A DNA stretch of 64,000 bases from an uncultured Gaiellaceae bacterium. Its GTDB lineage: Bacteria > Actinomycetota > Thermoleophilia > Gaiellales > Gaiellaceae. A program made the position numbers and the translations under genes. The stretch is taken from positions 279,664 to 343,663 of the forward strand of contig CAVVYB010000015.1 in NCBI GenBank assembly GCA_963752405.1, given 5' to 3'. This document shows, one piece after another, positions 45,646-55,748 of this stretch. The notes beneath the pieces were generated by a model. That model was given only the letters and a program-made list of their open reading frames with translations, had not been told where the DNA came from and did not search any database. The stretch's first letter is position 1. Every line of letters begins with the position of its first letter.

Positions 45646-47884
45646 TCACGAAATCGACATCCGCCGCAGGAGCGTCAGCGCGCCGTCCTTGTCGAGGTAG
45701 TCGTTCAGGTTGCCGCACTTCGGGCTCTGGACGCAGGAGGGGCAGCCGACCGCGCACGGGCAGCCGGAGAGCATCTTGGCCGTGTCCTCGACCCAGCCTT
45801 CGAAGCGCTCGAAGCCGCGCTCGGTGATCCCGACGCCGCCGGCGTGCCCGTCGTAGACGAAGATCGTCGGCAGCCCGGTCTGGTGGTGGATGTTGGTCGA
45901 GAGGCCGCCGATGTCCCAGCGGTCGCACATCGCCCAGAACGGCAGGAGCGCGATCAGGGAGTGCTCGGCGGCGTGGAGCGACGACAGGAGCTTCGGCATC
46001 TCCTCGAGCTCGCTGAGCTGGACGGGCGTGGGTGAGAACCAGACCGCCTCCGTCTCGAAGCTCGTCTCCGGCAGGTCGAGCGGGACGGTCTCGAGCGTGT
46101 CGCCGCCGCTGATCGACTTGCGCTGGTAGGCGACCACGCGCTCGGTCACCGAGACGCTGCCGAAGAAGAGCTCGAGGCCGAGCCGGCTCTCCGAGCGCAG
46201 CGGCTCGACGATCGAGGTCTGGGTCTCCTTCTTGGCCTGCGTGTACCAGTCGACGTTGGCGCGGCTGACGAGAGCCGTGCGCGCGTCGACGTCGAGGCGC
46301 TTCACGAGGTACTGCTCGCCGAGGTGGAGGTAGACGGCGCCGTCGTGGATCGTCGAGTAGGCGCGGGAGCGCTCGACGATGCCGAGCACCGTCCCCGTCT
46401 CGGCGTCCACCACGGTGAACGAGTCGATCTCGCCGGAGCGCAGGAGGACGCGCGCCGCCGGATAGTCCTTACCCGCCCAGACCCAGCCCGCGTCCGTCAG
46501 CTTCAGCTCCGGCAGCGACGCGGCACGCTCGAGCGCCTCCGGGCCGAGAGTCTGGGCATCCGCCTCGTCGATCGGGCCTTCGAATGCCGCTGAGAGGACA
46601 TGGCCGTCCAGCACCCGCGGGTTCGCGTGGTCGAGGATCGCCGCCTCGACCGTCCGGCCGAGCAGCGTCTCGGGCTCGCGCATGAAGTACTGGTCGAGCG
46701 CGTCTTCGCTCGCGACGAGAACGGCGAGGCCGGGACTGCGGCGACCGGCCCGGCCCCACTGCTGCCGGAGCGACGACACGGTGCCCGGGAAGCCGACCGA
46801 GATCGCGCAGTCGAGGCTGCCGATGTCGATTCCGAGCTCGAGCGCGTCGGTGGCGGTGACGCCGAGCAGCTCGCCGGACATCAGCCGCTGCTCGATCTCG
46901 CGCCGCTGCGACGGCGTGTAGCCGGCGCGGTAGGGGGCGAGCCTGGCAGCGGTCTTCGGCTGGACGCGTTCGGATGCGAAGCGGTGGATGAGCTCGACGG
47001 CCTTACGGCTCTTGGCGAAGCAGATCGTGCGCAGGTCGCGCTCGACGAAGGTCGCCAGCAGACGCGAGGCGTCGCCGAGCGAGCTTGCGCGGACACCGAG
47101 CTCCGCGTCGATCAGCTCCGGGTTCCAGAGCGCGATCGTCCGCTCGGTCCGTGGGGCCGCGTCGCTGTCGATCACCGTCGCCGGCTCGCCGAGCAGCGAT
47201 TCGGCCAGCTGGGATGCGTTCGCGATCGTCGCCGAGGCCAGGACGAACTGGGGCTCCGAGTCGTAGGCGCGAGCGAGCCGCCGGAGCCGGCGGAGCACGT
47301 TGGCGACGTGCGACCCGAACACACCGCGGTAGACGTGCGCCTCGTCGACGACCACGTAGCGGAGGTTCGCGAGCACGTCGCCCCAGCGGTCGTGGTGCGG
47401 GAGGACGCCCACGTGGAGCATGTCCGGGTTGGTCAGGACCACGTTCGCCCACTTCCGGATCTGCCAACGGCGCTCCGTCTCGGTGTCCCCGTCGTAGATC
47501 GCCGGCTTGATGCCCTTCACGCCGAACTCGCCGAGTGCGCGGGCCTGGTCCTGCGCGAGCGCCTTCGTCGGGATAGAGGTACAGCGCGCGGCTCTTCGGC
47601 TCGCGGGCGAGCAGGTCGAGAACGGGCAGGTTGAAGGCGAGGCTCTTCCCGCTCGCGGTGCTCGTCGTCACGATCGCGTTCCCGCCGGCACGGAGCGCTT
47701 CCCACGTCTCGGCCTGATGGGTGTAGAGCCCGGTGATCCCCTGGGCGACGAGAGCCGACGCGACGCGCGGGTCGAGGTCGTCCGGGAACTGCTCGGTCCG
47801 GCCGGTCTTCGGCGGCTCGACCGAGAGGTGCGCGAGCTCTGCTCCCTCGAGGAGCTCGAGCCAGGAAGAGGCGACGACACTCAC
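45646..47884 (-). CDS. DEAD/DEAH-box helicase with C-terminal DUF1998 (MZB) Cys-cluster domain, MrfA/YprA-like (one frameshift near 47575)
   Basis: The N-terminus in ORF 47003..47884 (GITGLYTHQAETWEALRAGGNAIVTTSTASGKSLAFNLP, motif I) joins ORF 45646..47520 (VVVDEAHVYRGVFGSHV DEAH box, LASATIAN, QQWGRAGRR). The C-terminal segment is HAAEHSLIALLPF...SGCPCAVGCPSCVQSPKCGNLN. Confidence 0.85.
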
Positions 47885-47894
47885 AAGCCCTACG

Positions 47895-47978
47895 CTAGCC
47901 TTCGACCTACCGGGGTGCCCATCGGGCTGAGATCACACCCGTCGAACCTGATCCGGTTAGGACCGGCGAAGGGAGTTG
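47895..47978 (+). promoter_or_regulatory. TPP (THI-box) riboswitch
   Basis: CUACCGGGGUGCCCAUCGGGCUGAGAUCACACCCGUCGAACCUGAUCCGGUUAGGACCGGCGAAGGGAG matches the conserved GGGGUGC / CUGAGA / ACCC / AACCUGAUCCGG.UA..ACCGGCG.AGGGA core. The GGGAG that would serve as the Shine-Dalgarno sequence lies in the 3' closing strand, immediately before the thiD GTG. Confidence 0.88.
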
Positions 47979-47979
47979 C

Positions 47980-48760
47980 GTGACTCCACGCGTGTTGACC
48001 ATTGCAACGTCCGACTCGGGCGGCGGCGCAGGCATTCAGGCCGACCTGAAGGCTTTCGCCGCAGCAGGCGCACACGGGATGTCCGCGCTGGTCGCCCTGA
48101 CGGCCCAGAACACGACCGCGGTCACCGCCGTCCACGAGCTCCCTCCCGACTTCATTCGCGCGCAGCTCGACGCGGTCTTCGCGCGACATCGGCGTGGATG
48201 CCGCGAAGACGGGGATGCTCTTCTCGCGCACGATCATCGAGACGGTTGCGGAGTTCCTCGAACGACATCCGGTCCCGCTCGTCGTCGACCCGGTGCTGAT
48301 CGCAAGCTCCGGCGCGCAGCTGCTGCAGGACGATGCCGTCGAGACGCTGATCGGCCGCCTCTTCCCGCTGGCAACCGTGGTCACCCCGAATCTCCCCGAG
48401 GCCGAGACGCTGACCGGGATGCACGGCGCGACGCGGCGTGAGCTCGCGGAGCGGCTCGTCGACCTCGGTGCCGCCGCGGCACTCGTCACCGGTGGTCACG
48501 GAGAGCTCGCCGTCGACCACCTCTTCGACGGCGAGACGCACCTCGAGCTGCCGGTCGAGCGCTACGACGTCGCGGCGACGCACGGTGCCGGCTGCACGCA
48601 CTCGGCCACTCTCGCGGCGCTGCTCGCGCGCGGGCTCTCCCTCGAAGACGCGGCTCGAGGCGCATCCGAGGCCGCCTCGGCCGCAGTCCGGCACGGCCTC
48701 GTCGAGATCGGCGCGGGCGAGGGGCCGGTCGACGTCCTCAACGTGAAAGGAAGCGCATGA
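47980..48760 (+). CDS. thiD: hydroxymethylpyrimidine/phosphomethylpyrimidine kinase ThiD (one frameshift near 48185)
   Basis: [41 protein letters not shown] (ORF 47980..), then ORF 48194..48760: [53 protein letters not shown]. Confidence 0.9.
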
Positions 48761-49554
48761 CGGTTGACCCCGGCACGACCCTGGGTGTGATTCGTGAGCG
48801 CAAGCCGCTCGTCCACAACATCACCAACTACGTCGTGATGAACGAGACGGCGAACGCGATCCTCGCCCTCGGGGCGCTGCCCGTGATGGCCCACGCGAAG
48901 GACGAGGTGCGCGAGATGGTCGGTCTCGCCGGGGCGCTCGTGCTCAACATCGGCACCCTCTCCGAGCACTGGATCGAGGCGATGCTGCTGGCCGGGACGG
49001 CGGCGAACGAGAAGGGCGTTCCCGTCGTGCTCGATCCGGTCGGGGTCGGCGCGACGGCCTACCGCACCGCCACGGCGCAGCGGATCCTCGCCGCTGTCGA
49101 CGTTGCCGTCCTTCGCGGCAACGCAGGAGAGGTCGCGACGCTCGTTGGGGTCGAGGCCGAGGTGCGAGGGGTCGAGTCCGTCGGAGCTGCCGGAGACTCG
49201 GCCGAGCTGGCACGAGAGGCAGCGCGCACGCTCGGTCTCGTCGCGTCCGTCACGGGGCCCGTCGATCACATCTCCGACGGCGAACGGTCGGCGGCGGTGG
49301 CGAACGGCCACCCGCTGCTCGCGTCGATCACCGGGACCGGCTGCATGTCGACGGCGATCACCGGCTGCTTCCTCGCCGGCAAGGACGATCGCTTCGAGGC
49401 GGCGGTCGAGGCGCTCGTCGCGTTCGGCGTTGCCGGGGAGGACGCCGCCGTCGAGGCGAAGGGCCCGGGCAGCTTCCACGTGAACCTCTACGACGCCCTG
49501 GCCGCGCTCGACCCCGCCACCCTGTCCGAACGAGCCAAGGTGGACGTGGGATGA
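48757..49554 (+). CDS. thiM: hydroxyethylthiazole kinase ThiM
   Basis: Intact 265-aa ORF. PLVHNITNYVVMNETANAILALGALPVMA, VLDPVGVGAT, GTGCMSTAITGCFLAG. ATGA overlap with thiD. Confidence 0.9.
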   Translation: MTVDPGTTLGVIRERKPLVHNITNYVVMNETANAILALGALPVMAHAKDEVREMVGLAGALVLNIGTLSEHWIEAMLLAGTAANEKGVPVVLDPVGVGATAYRTATAQRILAAVDVAVLRGNAGEVATLVGVEAEVRGVESVGAAGDSAELAREAARTLGLVASVTGPVDHISDGERSAAVANGHPLLASITGTGCMSTAITGCFLAGKDDRFEAAVEALVAFGVAGEDAAVEAKGPGSFHVNLYDALAALDPATLSERAKVDVG

Positions 49555-49646
49555 GACTTTGTGTTTCTGAAACACAAGCGCCTTCGACCCACGGAAACAT
49601 GCGGGTTCGAGGGGTTCGAGTGGACTTTGTGTTTCTGAAACACAAG
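49555..49646. repeat. two identical 24-nt copies of an AT-rich palindrome-containing repeat, 68 nt apart, in the thiM-thiE spacer
   Basis: GACTTTGTGTTTCTGAAACACAAG occurs at 49555..49578 and again at 49623..49646 (24/24). Each contains the 19-bp perfect palindrome TTGTGTTTC-T-GAAACACAA. The spacer also contains GGTTCGAG-G-GGTTCGAG. Confidence 0.85.
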
Positions 49647-49656
49647 GATTTCGCAC

Positions 49657-50205
49657 GTGAGGCTGCACGCGCTCGTGGCGGACGAGGAGACCGGCCGGCG
49701 GGCTGCGGCCGGCGGGGCGACCGTGATCCAGCTGCGGCTGAAGGGGGCGCCCACCGAGGAGGTCGTCGCGCTCGGCCGGGCGCTCGGCGACCTCGATCTG
49801 GAGCTCGTGGTCAACGACGACGTCGACGCCGCGCTCGAGCTGAGGTGCGGCGTGCATCTCGGTCAGGGCGACGCGGGGATCGAGCGGGCGCGCGAGGCGG
49901 GGATCATGCTCGGGATCTCGGCGACAAAACGACGGGAGGCCGCGCTCGCCGAGTTCGCGGGTGCGACCTACATCGGTGCGGGCCCGATCTGGGAGACGCC
50001 TTCGAAGCCCGACGCGGCCTCGCCGATCGGGCTGGACGGGCTGCGCGACATCTGTCTCTCCGTCTCGATCCCGGTCGTGGCGATCGGCGGCATCGACGCG
50101 TCGAACGCCGCCGAGTGCATCCGGGCCGGAGCCGCAGGCGTTGCGGTCATTCGCGCCGTGGCCGAGATCGAAGCCCTCCGGGCGGCTCTCGATGAAGCTC
50201 TCTGA
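49657..50205 (+). CDS. thiE: thiamine-phosphate synthase ThiE
   Basis: Intact 182-aa ORF from a GTG. VIQLRLKG, VVNDDVDAALELRCGVHLGQGD, YIGAGPIWETPSKP, VVAIGGI. Confidence 0.9.
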   Translation: MRLHALVADEETGRRAAAGGATVIQLRLKGAPTEEVVALGRALGDLDLELVVNDDVDAALELRCGVHLGQGDAGIERAREAGIMLGISATKRREAALAEFAGATYIGAGPIWETPSKPDAASPIGLDGLRDICLSVSIPVVAIGGIDASNAAECIRAGAAGVAVIRAVAEIEALRAALDEAL

Positions 50206-51016
50206 CGCCGGCGAGCTCGGTCTCCTGCGCGAGCTGGAGGCGCGCGGGCTGATCGTCGGCACCGAGCACGACGCGGCCGAGTTTCCCGGCGGGCTCGTCC
50301 TCACCCAGGACGCCCTCGTCGAAGGCGTCCACTTCCTGCTCGACCGCATCTCCTGGCACGAGCTCGGCTTCCGCGCCGCTGCGGTGAACATCAGCGATCT
50401 CTCCGCTTCCGCGGCGCGGCCCGAGGCGCTGTTCGTCACGCTGGCCTTGAGAGGGGAGACCGACGTCGAACAGGTGGTCGAGCTCTACGAGGGCCTGACC
50501 GAAGCAGGCGTGCCGGTACGCGGCGGCGACACGACCGGCGCGGGTCAGACCATCGTGAGCGTGACTGCTGTCGGCCGCTCCCAGCGCGTGCCCGGCCGGA
50601 GCGGCGCCAGGCCCGGAGACGTGATCGTCGTCACCGGCCCGCTCGGCGAGGCGGCTGTCGCGTTCCGCGAGCGCCGTTTCGTGCGGCCGCCGGTGCGGAC
50701 GCTCGAGGGCATGCGACTGGGTGCCGTCGCGACCGCAATGCTCGACATCTCCGACGGGATCGCGGTCGACGCCGGCCATCTCGCCCGGCGCTCCGGCTGC
50801 CGTGTCGTCATCGACCTCGACGCCGTGCCGCGCCACGGCGCGCTCGAGGATCTCGGCTTCGGCGAGGACTTCGAGCTGCTCGCGGCGGTCCCGAGCGAGG
50901 CGCTGTCACTCGGCTTCCCGGTGATCGGCCGCTGTGAGGAAGGAGAGGGCGTCCTGCTCCTGCGCGACGGCGAGCCGTACGACCTGCCCGGCTACGAGCA
51001 CTTCAGGACGGGCTGA
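50192..51016 (+). CDS. thiL: thiamine-monophosphate kinase ThiL
   Basis: In the frame of ORF 49961..51016 from the ATG at 50192. MKLSDAGELGLLRELE, LTQDALVEGVHF, GFRAAAVNISDLSASAARP, GGDTT, MLDISDGIAVDAGHLA. Confidence 0.85.
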   Translation: MKLSDAGELGLLRELEARGLIVGTEHDAAEFPGGLVLTQDALVEGVHFLLDRISWHELGFRAAAVNISDLSASAARPEALFVTLALRGETDVEQVVELYEGLTEAGVPVRGGDTTGAGQTIVSVTAVGRSQRVPGRSGARPGDVIVVTGPLGEAAVAFRERRFVRPPVRTLEGMRLGAVATAMLDISDGIAVDAGHLARRSGCRVVIDLDAVPRHGALEDLGFGEDFELLAAVPSEALSLGFPVIGRCEEGEGVLLLRDGEPYDLPGYEHFRTG

Positions 51017-51320
51017 GCCAGGCCGCCCACGAGCGCTCGTAGTGCGAACGCGGGCGCGCACCGACGACGGTCGAGAGCGGCTCGCCGTCCTCGAACAGGA
51101 TCACGGTCGGAAGCGAGAGCACGCCGTAGCGCGAAGGCACGCCGAGGTGCTCGTCGATGTTCAGCCGGACGAGCCCGAGCCCGTGCTCGGCGGCGATCGC
51201 CTCGAGCACGGGTGCGATCGCATCGCACGGCTTGCACCAGGGCGCCCAGAAGTCGACGATCGTCCGCCCGCCCGCCGTCAGCACCTCCGCCTCGAAGGTG
51301 GCGTCCGTCACCTCTCTCAC
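51003..51320 (-). CDS. trxA: thioredoxin
   Basis: VTDATFEAEVLTAGGRTIVDFWAPWCKPCDAIAPVLEAIAAEHG...LPTVILFEDGEPL (C-terminal part of ORF 51003..52022). The GTG at 51320 overlaps the stop of the upstream GT2 gene (GTGA). Confidence 0.85.
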   Translation of the reverse strand: MREVTDATFEAEVLTAGGRTIVDFWAPWCKPCDAIAPVLEAIAAEHGLGLVRLNIDEHLGVPSRYGVLSLPTVILFEDGEPLSTVVGARPRSHYERSWAAWLSPS

Positions 51321-52032
51321 AGCCGTCCTCCGAGTGCGGCCAGGCGGATCAGCGGCACCTTCCAGATCGCCTCGAGCACGATCGTCCGCGACATCTTGGA
51401 GCCGCCGACCTGGCGGTCGACGAAGCGGATCGGAATCTCCTTGACCCGGAACCCCTTGCGCAGCGCGCGGTAGGTCAGCTCGATCTGGAACGCGTAGCCG
51501 CGCGAGTGGATCGCGTCCAGGTCGGTCGCCTCGAGCACGGCCCGCCGGATGCACTTGAAGCCGCCGGTGAGGTCGCGGACGGGCACGCCGAGGATGATCC
51601 GCGCATAGAGCGAGCCGCCCGCCGAGATGAAGCGCCGCGCCGCGTTCCAGTTCTCGACGCCGCCGCCGGGGACGTAGCGCGAGCCGAGCACGACGTCGGC
51701 TGACTCGGCAGCCTCGAGCAGCCGCGGGACGTCGTTGGGGTCGTGCGAGAAGTCGCAGTCCATCTCGACCACGAGCTCGGCGCCCGCGTCGAGCGCATGG
51801 CGGAACCCGGCGAGATACGCCGGCCCCAGCCCTTCCTTCCGCTCGCGGTGGAGCACGTCGACGTAGTCCAGCTCCTGCGCGAGCTCGTCGGCGCGCGCAC
51901 CCGTTCCGTCGGGCGAGTTGTCGTCGATCACGAGCACGCGGTCCTCCGGGCCGAGAACCCGCCGAGCTCGCGCAGCATCGGCTCGATGTTCTCGCGCTCG
52001 TTGTAGGTGGGGAGGCAGACACATGCTCTCAC
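51317..52032 (-). CDS. GT2-family polyprenol/dolichol-phosphate mannosyltransferase (one frameshift near 51965)
   Basis: The N-terminus VCLPTYNERENIEPMLRELGG (frame of ORF 51928..52611) joins ORF 51317..52024: VLVIDDNSPDGTG, EMDCDFSHDP, GSRYVPGGG, DLTGGFKCIRR, GYAFQIELTYRA. Confidence 0.8.
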
Positions 52033-52051
52033 CTCCGTATCATCGCTATCG

Positions 52052-53759
52052 GTGGCACAGACACTGCCGAGGAACGACGAGGTTGCCGACCAGCTGGAGC
52101 TGCTGGCCGACCTGAGCGAGCTCGAGGGAGAGGACTCCTTCCGGGTGCTCGCGTACCGTCGCGCGGCGACGCGGATCCGGGAGACGGGCGGGCCGGTCGC
52201 GCAGCTGGCGCTCGAGGGGAAGGCCAAGAGCCTCTCCGGGATCGGCAAGACGATCGAGGACAAGATCGTCCAGATCGTCGAGCTCGGCGAGATGGAGGCG
52301 CTGACCAAGCGCAAGAAGCTCGTGCCGGAGGAGGTCGTCAAGTTCATGCGGCTGCCCGGCCTCGGCCCCAAGACGGCGCGGCGGATCTGGAAGGAGCTCG
52401 GCGTGACGACGCTCGCCGAGCTGAAGGAGGCGGCCGAGCAGGAACGGCTGCGCGCGCTGGCCGGGCTCGGCGCGAAGAGCGAGGAGAAGATTCTCAAGGC
52501 GCTGGGGGAGGAACCCAAGGACCCTCGTGAATCGAGGCGGCTGCTCGGCAGCGGGCTACCCGTGCTGCTCGAGCTCGTCGAAGAGCTGCGGGCGCACCCG
52601 GCCGCCGTCAAGGTCTCGGATGCCGGCTCGGCGCGGCGACGGCGCGAGACGTTCCGCGATCTCGACGTGATCGCGACCTCGACGGACGCGCCGGCGCTGA
52701 TCGACTACTTCACGACCCGCAAGAACGTCGCCGACGTCGTGGCGAAGGGGGATACGAAGGCGACCGTGATCACGAACGAAGGCTTCCGGCTCGACCTTCG
52801 CGTCGTGCCGCCGGAGTCGTACGGCAACCTGCTCCAGCACTTCACGGGCTCGAAGGAGCACAACGTTGCGCTGCGGGAGGACGCCGTCCGCCGTGGCTTC
52901 TCCGTCTCCGAGTACTCCGTCACGACGACCGAGACCGGCGAGGAGTTCACGGCCGCCGACGAGGAAGAGCTGTACGCGCACCTCGGCTACGCCTACATCC
53001 CGCCCGAGCTGCGGGAGAACAGCGGCGAGCTCGACGCAGCGAAGAAGGGCACGCTGCCGAAGCTCGTCGAGCGCTCCGATCTCCGCGGTGACCTGCACTG
53101 CCACTCGACGTGGTCGGACGGCAAGGCGACGATCGCCGAAATGGCGGCTACTGCCCAGGAGCTCGGCCACGAGTACCTGGCGCTGTGCGACCACTCGCAC
53201 CGGCTCCGCGACGGCCGTCTTCAGCACCAGTGGGAAGAGATCGACGCGCTGAACGAGAAGCTGGCGCCGTTCCGGATCCTGAAGGGGATCGAGGTGAACA
53301 TCCGCACCAACGGCGAGGTCGACGTCGACGACGACCTGCTCGCGCCGCTGGACTGGGTGATGGCGTCCGTGCACGCGAGCTTCGACAACGATCCGACCGG
53401 CCGCGTCGTCTCCGCGATGGAGAACCCGCACGTCGACTGCATCGGCCACCCGACCAGCCGCAGGATCGGCGTGCGCTCCCCGTCCGGGATCGAGGTCGAG
53501 AAGCTCGTCGAGGCCGCCCTCGCGACAGGCACCTTCCTGGAGATCAACTCGCAGCCGGACCGGCTCGACCTCCGCGACGCCAACGCCCGGCTCGCGGGCG
53601 AGGCGGGACTGAAGCTCGTGATCTCCAGCGACGCACACTCGGCGAAGGCGCTTCGCTACGTCGATCTCGGTGTTGCGCAGGCCCGCCGCGCGTGGCTGAC
53701 GAAGGACGCAGATCGTCAACACGCGGCCGTGGAAGGCGATCGAGAAGCTGCGCAAGTGA
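52052..53759 (+). CDS. polX: family X DNA polymerase with C-terminal PHP domain (PolX; one frameshift near 53708)
   Basis: NDEVADQLELLADLSELEGEDSFRVLAYRRAA, LSGIGKTIEDKI, LPGLGPKTARRIW (HhH motifs), GSARRRRETFRDLDVIA, and PHP motifs DLHCHSTWSDG, ALCDHSH, GIEVNI, VMASVH, GHPT, SSDAH. The tail QIVNTRPWKAIEKLRK* ends at the TGA at 53757-53759. Confidence 0.85.
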
Positions 53760-55065
53760 CCTTCCGCGACGACGGCGCTGCTGCGGTCGATTGGGTGGCG
53801 TCGTATCTCGAGCGGCTGCGCGAGTTTCCGGTGCTCGCGCAGGTCGAGCCCGGGGAGCTGCGCGAGCGGCTGCCCGCGGTCGCCGCCGGAGCGCGCCGAG
53901 CCGTTCGCGGCCGTGCTGCGAGACCTCGACGAGCTGCTGCTGCCCGCCGTGACGCACTGGCAGAGCCCGCGGTTCTTCGCCTACTTCGCCAACACCGGCT
54001 CCGAGCCCGGGATCCTGGCGGAGCTCCTGGTCGCGGGGCTGAACCAGGTCGGGATCCTCTGGCGCACCTCGCCGGCGCTGCAGGAGCTCGAGGAGGTGAC
54101 GCTCGACTGGCTCGCGCAGCTCCTCGGCCTGCCCGAGGGCTTGCACGGCCACCTCGAGGACACCGCCTCGACCGGAACGATGGTGGCGCTCGCCGCCGCG
54201 CGTCTGGCCAAGCCCGGCGCGCGCGTCGTGGTCTGCTCGGAGCACGCGCACTCGTCTGTCGACAAGGCGTGCCGGCTCCTCGAGCTGGAGGCTCGTGCGA
54301 CGCCGGCCGACGAGGCGTTCCGGTTGCGGCCCGACGCTGCTCGACCTCACCGGTGCCTGCGCCGTCGTGGCGACGCTCGGAACGACCTCGACGAGCTCCG
54401 TCGATCCCGGTCGACGCTGATCGCGGACGCCTGCGAGCGCGAGGGCATCTGGCTGCACGTCGACGCCGCCTACGCCGGCTCGGCCGCCGTCTGTCCCGAG
54501 CTGCGCGACGCGTTCGCCGGCTGGGAGCGGGCGGACTCGATCGTCGTCAACCCGCACAAGTGGCTGCTCACGCCGATGGGCTGCTCGGCGTTCTGGACCC
54601 GGCGGCCGGATGATGTGCGTGCAGCCTTCAGCCTCGTCCCGGAGTTCCTCCGGGTGAGCGAGGACGTGGCGAGCCTCTCGGAGTACAGCCCGGCACTCGG
54701 CCGCCAGTTCCGGGCGTTCAAGCTCTGGGCGGTGCTGCGCTGCTACGGCCGCGAGGGCGTGCAGGACCGGATCCGCGAGGCGATCCGCCTGGCCGCGGTC
54801 TTCGAGGACTGGGTGCGCGAGGAGCCCGGCTGGGAGCTGATGGCGCCGCGTCCGTTCTCGCTCGTCTGCTTCCGCCGCGACGGATCGGACGAGGAGAACG
54901 AGGCGTTGCTCGAACGCGTCAACGCCGACCGGCGAGATCTTCATCTCGCACACGAAGCTGAACGGTCGCTACACGCTGCGGCTGGCGATCGGCAACGCGC
55001 GCACGACAGAGGACGACGTGCGTCTCGCCTGGGACGTGATCAGGCGAGAAGCGGCTCGGGTGTAG
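53756..55065 (+). CDS. group II pyridoxal-phosphate-dependent decarboxylase (aromatic amino acid/tyrosine decarboxylase-like; four frameshifts)
   Basis: The GTG at 53756 overlaps the PolX stop (GTGA). VTHWQSPRFFAYFANTGSEPGILAELL, DTASTGTMVALAAAR, LHVDAAYAGSAAV, SIVVNPHKWLLTPMGCS (PLP lysine), RQFRAFKLWAVLRCYG, GEIFISHTKLNGRYTLRLAIGNARTTEDDV. Shifts ~53880, ~54335, ~54410 and ~54935. Confidence 0.8.
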
Positions 55066-55664
55066 CCGGCTTCGGCCCGAAGGCGTCGATCAGCCGCTCG
55101 AGCACCTCGAAGTCGCCCTCGATCCGCACACCGTCGGTCTGGCGGTTGACGACGAGGTGGTAGAAGCCGATCGCGTCGCTCTCGACGAAGACGTCGGGAT
55201 CGTCGACGAGCCCCGGTCGAGCGACGCCGTCGACCAGCGAGGCCTCCTCGTCGCCGATGCGGAACGCGAGACGTCCGGTCGGCGAGATCGGGGACAGCGC
55301 CAGATCGAGCGCCTCCACGAGCCAGCCTGGATCGAGCGCGTCGAGCGGGGGCGGGCCCATCAGCCGCGCGCCGAACCGCGCCAGCTCGTGCAGGACGGGA
55401 CGGAGCTGCTGCGCCGCTCGGCGTCAGCTCGTAGACGGTCGACGCGGCGGGCGGCGGCAGCTTGCGCCTCTCGACCAGACCTGCCGCCTCGAGCTCCTTC
55501 AGCCGTATGGCGAGGATGTTCGTCCCGATGCCGTGCAGGCCGTCGACGAGGTCGGTGTAGCGCTTGGGCCCGTGCATCAGCTCACGCACGACGAGCAGCG
55601 TCCAGCGCTCGCCGACGAGGCCGAGCGAGCAGGCGATCGGGCAGTACTGGTCGTAGCGCTTCAT
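55040..55664 (-). CDS. HxlR-family transcriptional regulator with C-terminal extension (one frameshift near 55420)
   Basis: MKRYDQYCPIACSLGLVGERWTLLVVRELMHGPKRYTDLVDGLHGIGTNILAIRLKELEAAGLVERR, then ORF 55040..55360. Divergent from the MFS gene. Confidence 0.8.
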
Positions 55665-55686
55665 CGAAATATCATTCTCCAGGATG

Positions 55687-55703
55687 ACTTGCCATTTGCA
55701 AGT
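55687..55703. promoter_or_regulatory. candidate operator in the HxlR/MFS divergent intergenic region
   Basis: ACTTGC-CATTT-GCAAGT is an inverted repeat in an 84-nt low-GC spacer between the two divergent start codons. Confidence 0.35.
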
Positions 55704-55748
55704 ATAGCCTGCAGATAGACAAGCATACCCTGCTGAAAGGATAGCGCA

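Noticed and set aside
49555-49646. A CRISPR array or a tRNA-like gene in the thiM-thiE spacer, suggested by the repeated 24-mers and by GGTTCGAG motifs resembling a T-loop.
   Set aside because: There are only two repeat copies, and no cas genes or leader. The repeats are themselves palindromic. The 44-nt spacer is too short for a tRNA and lacks acceptor and anticodon arms.
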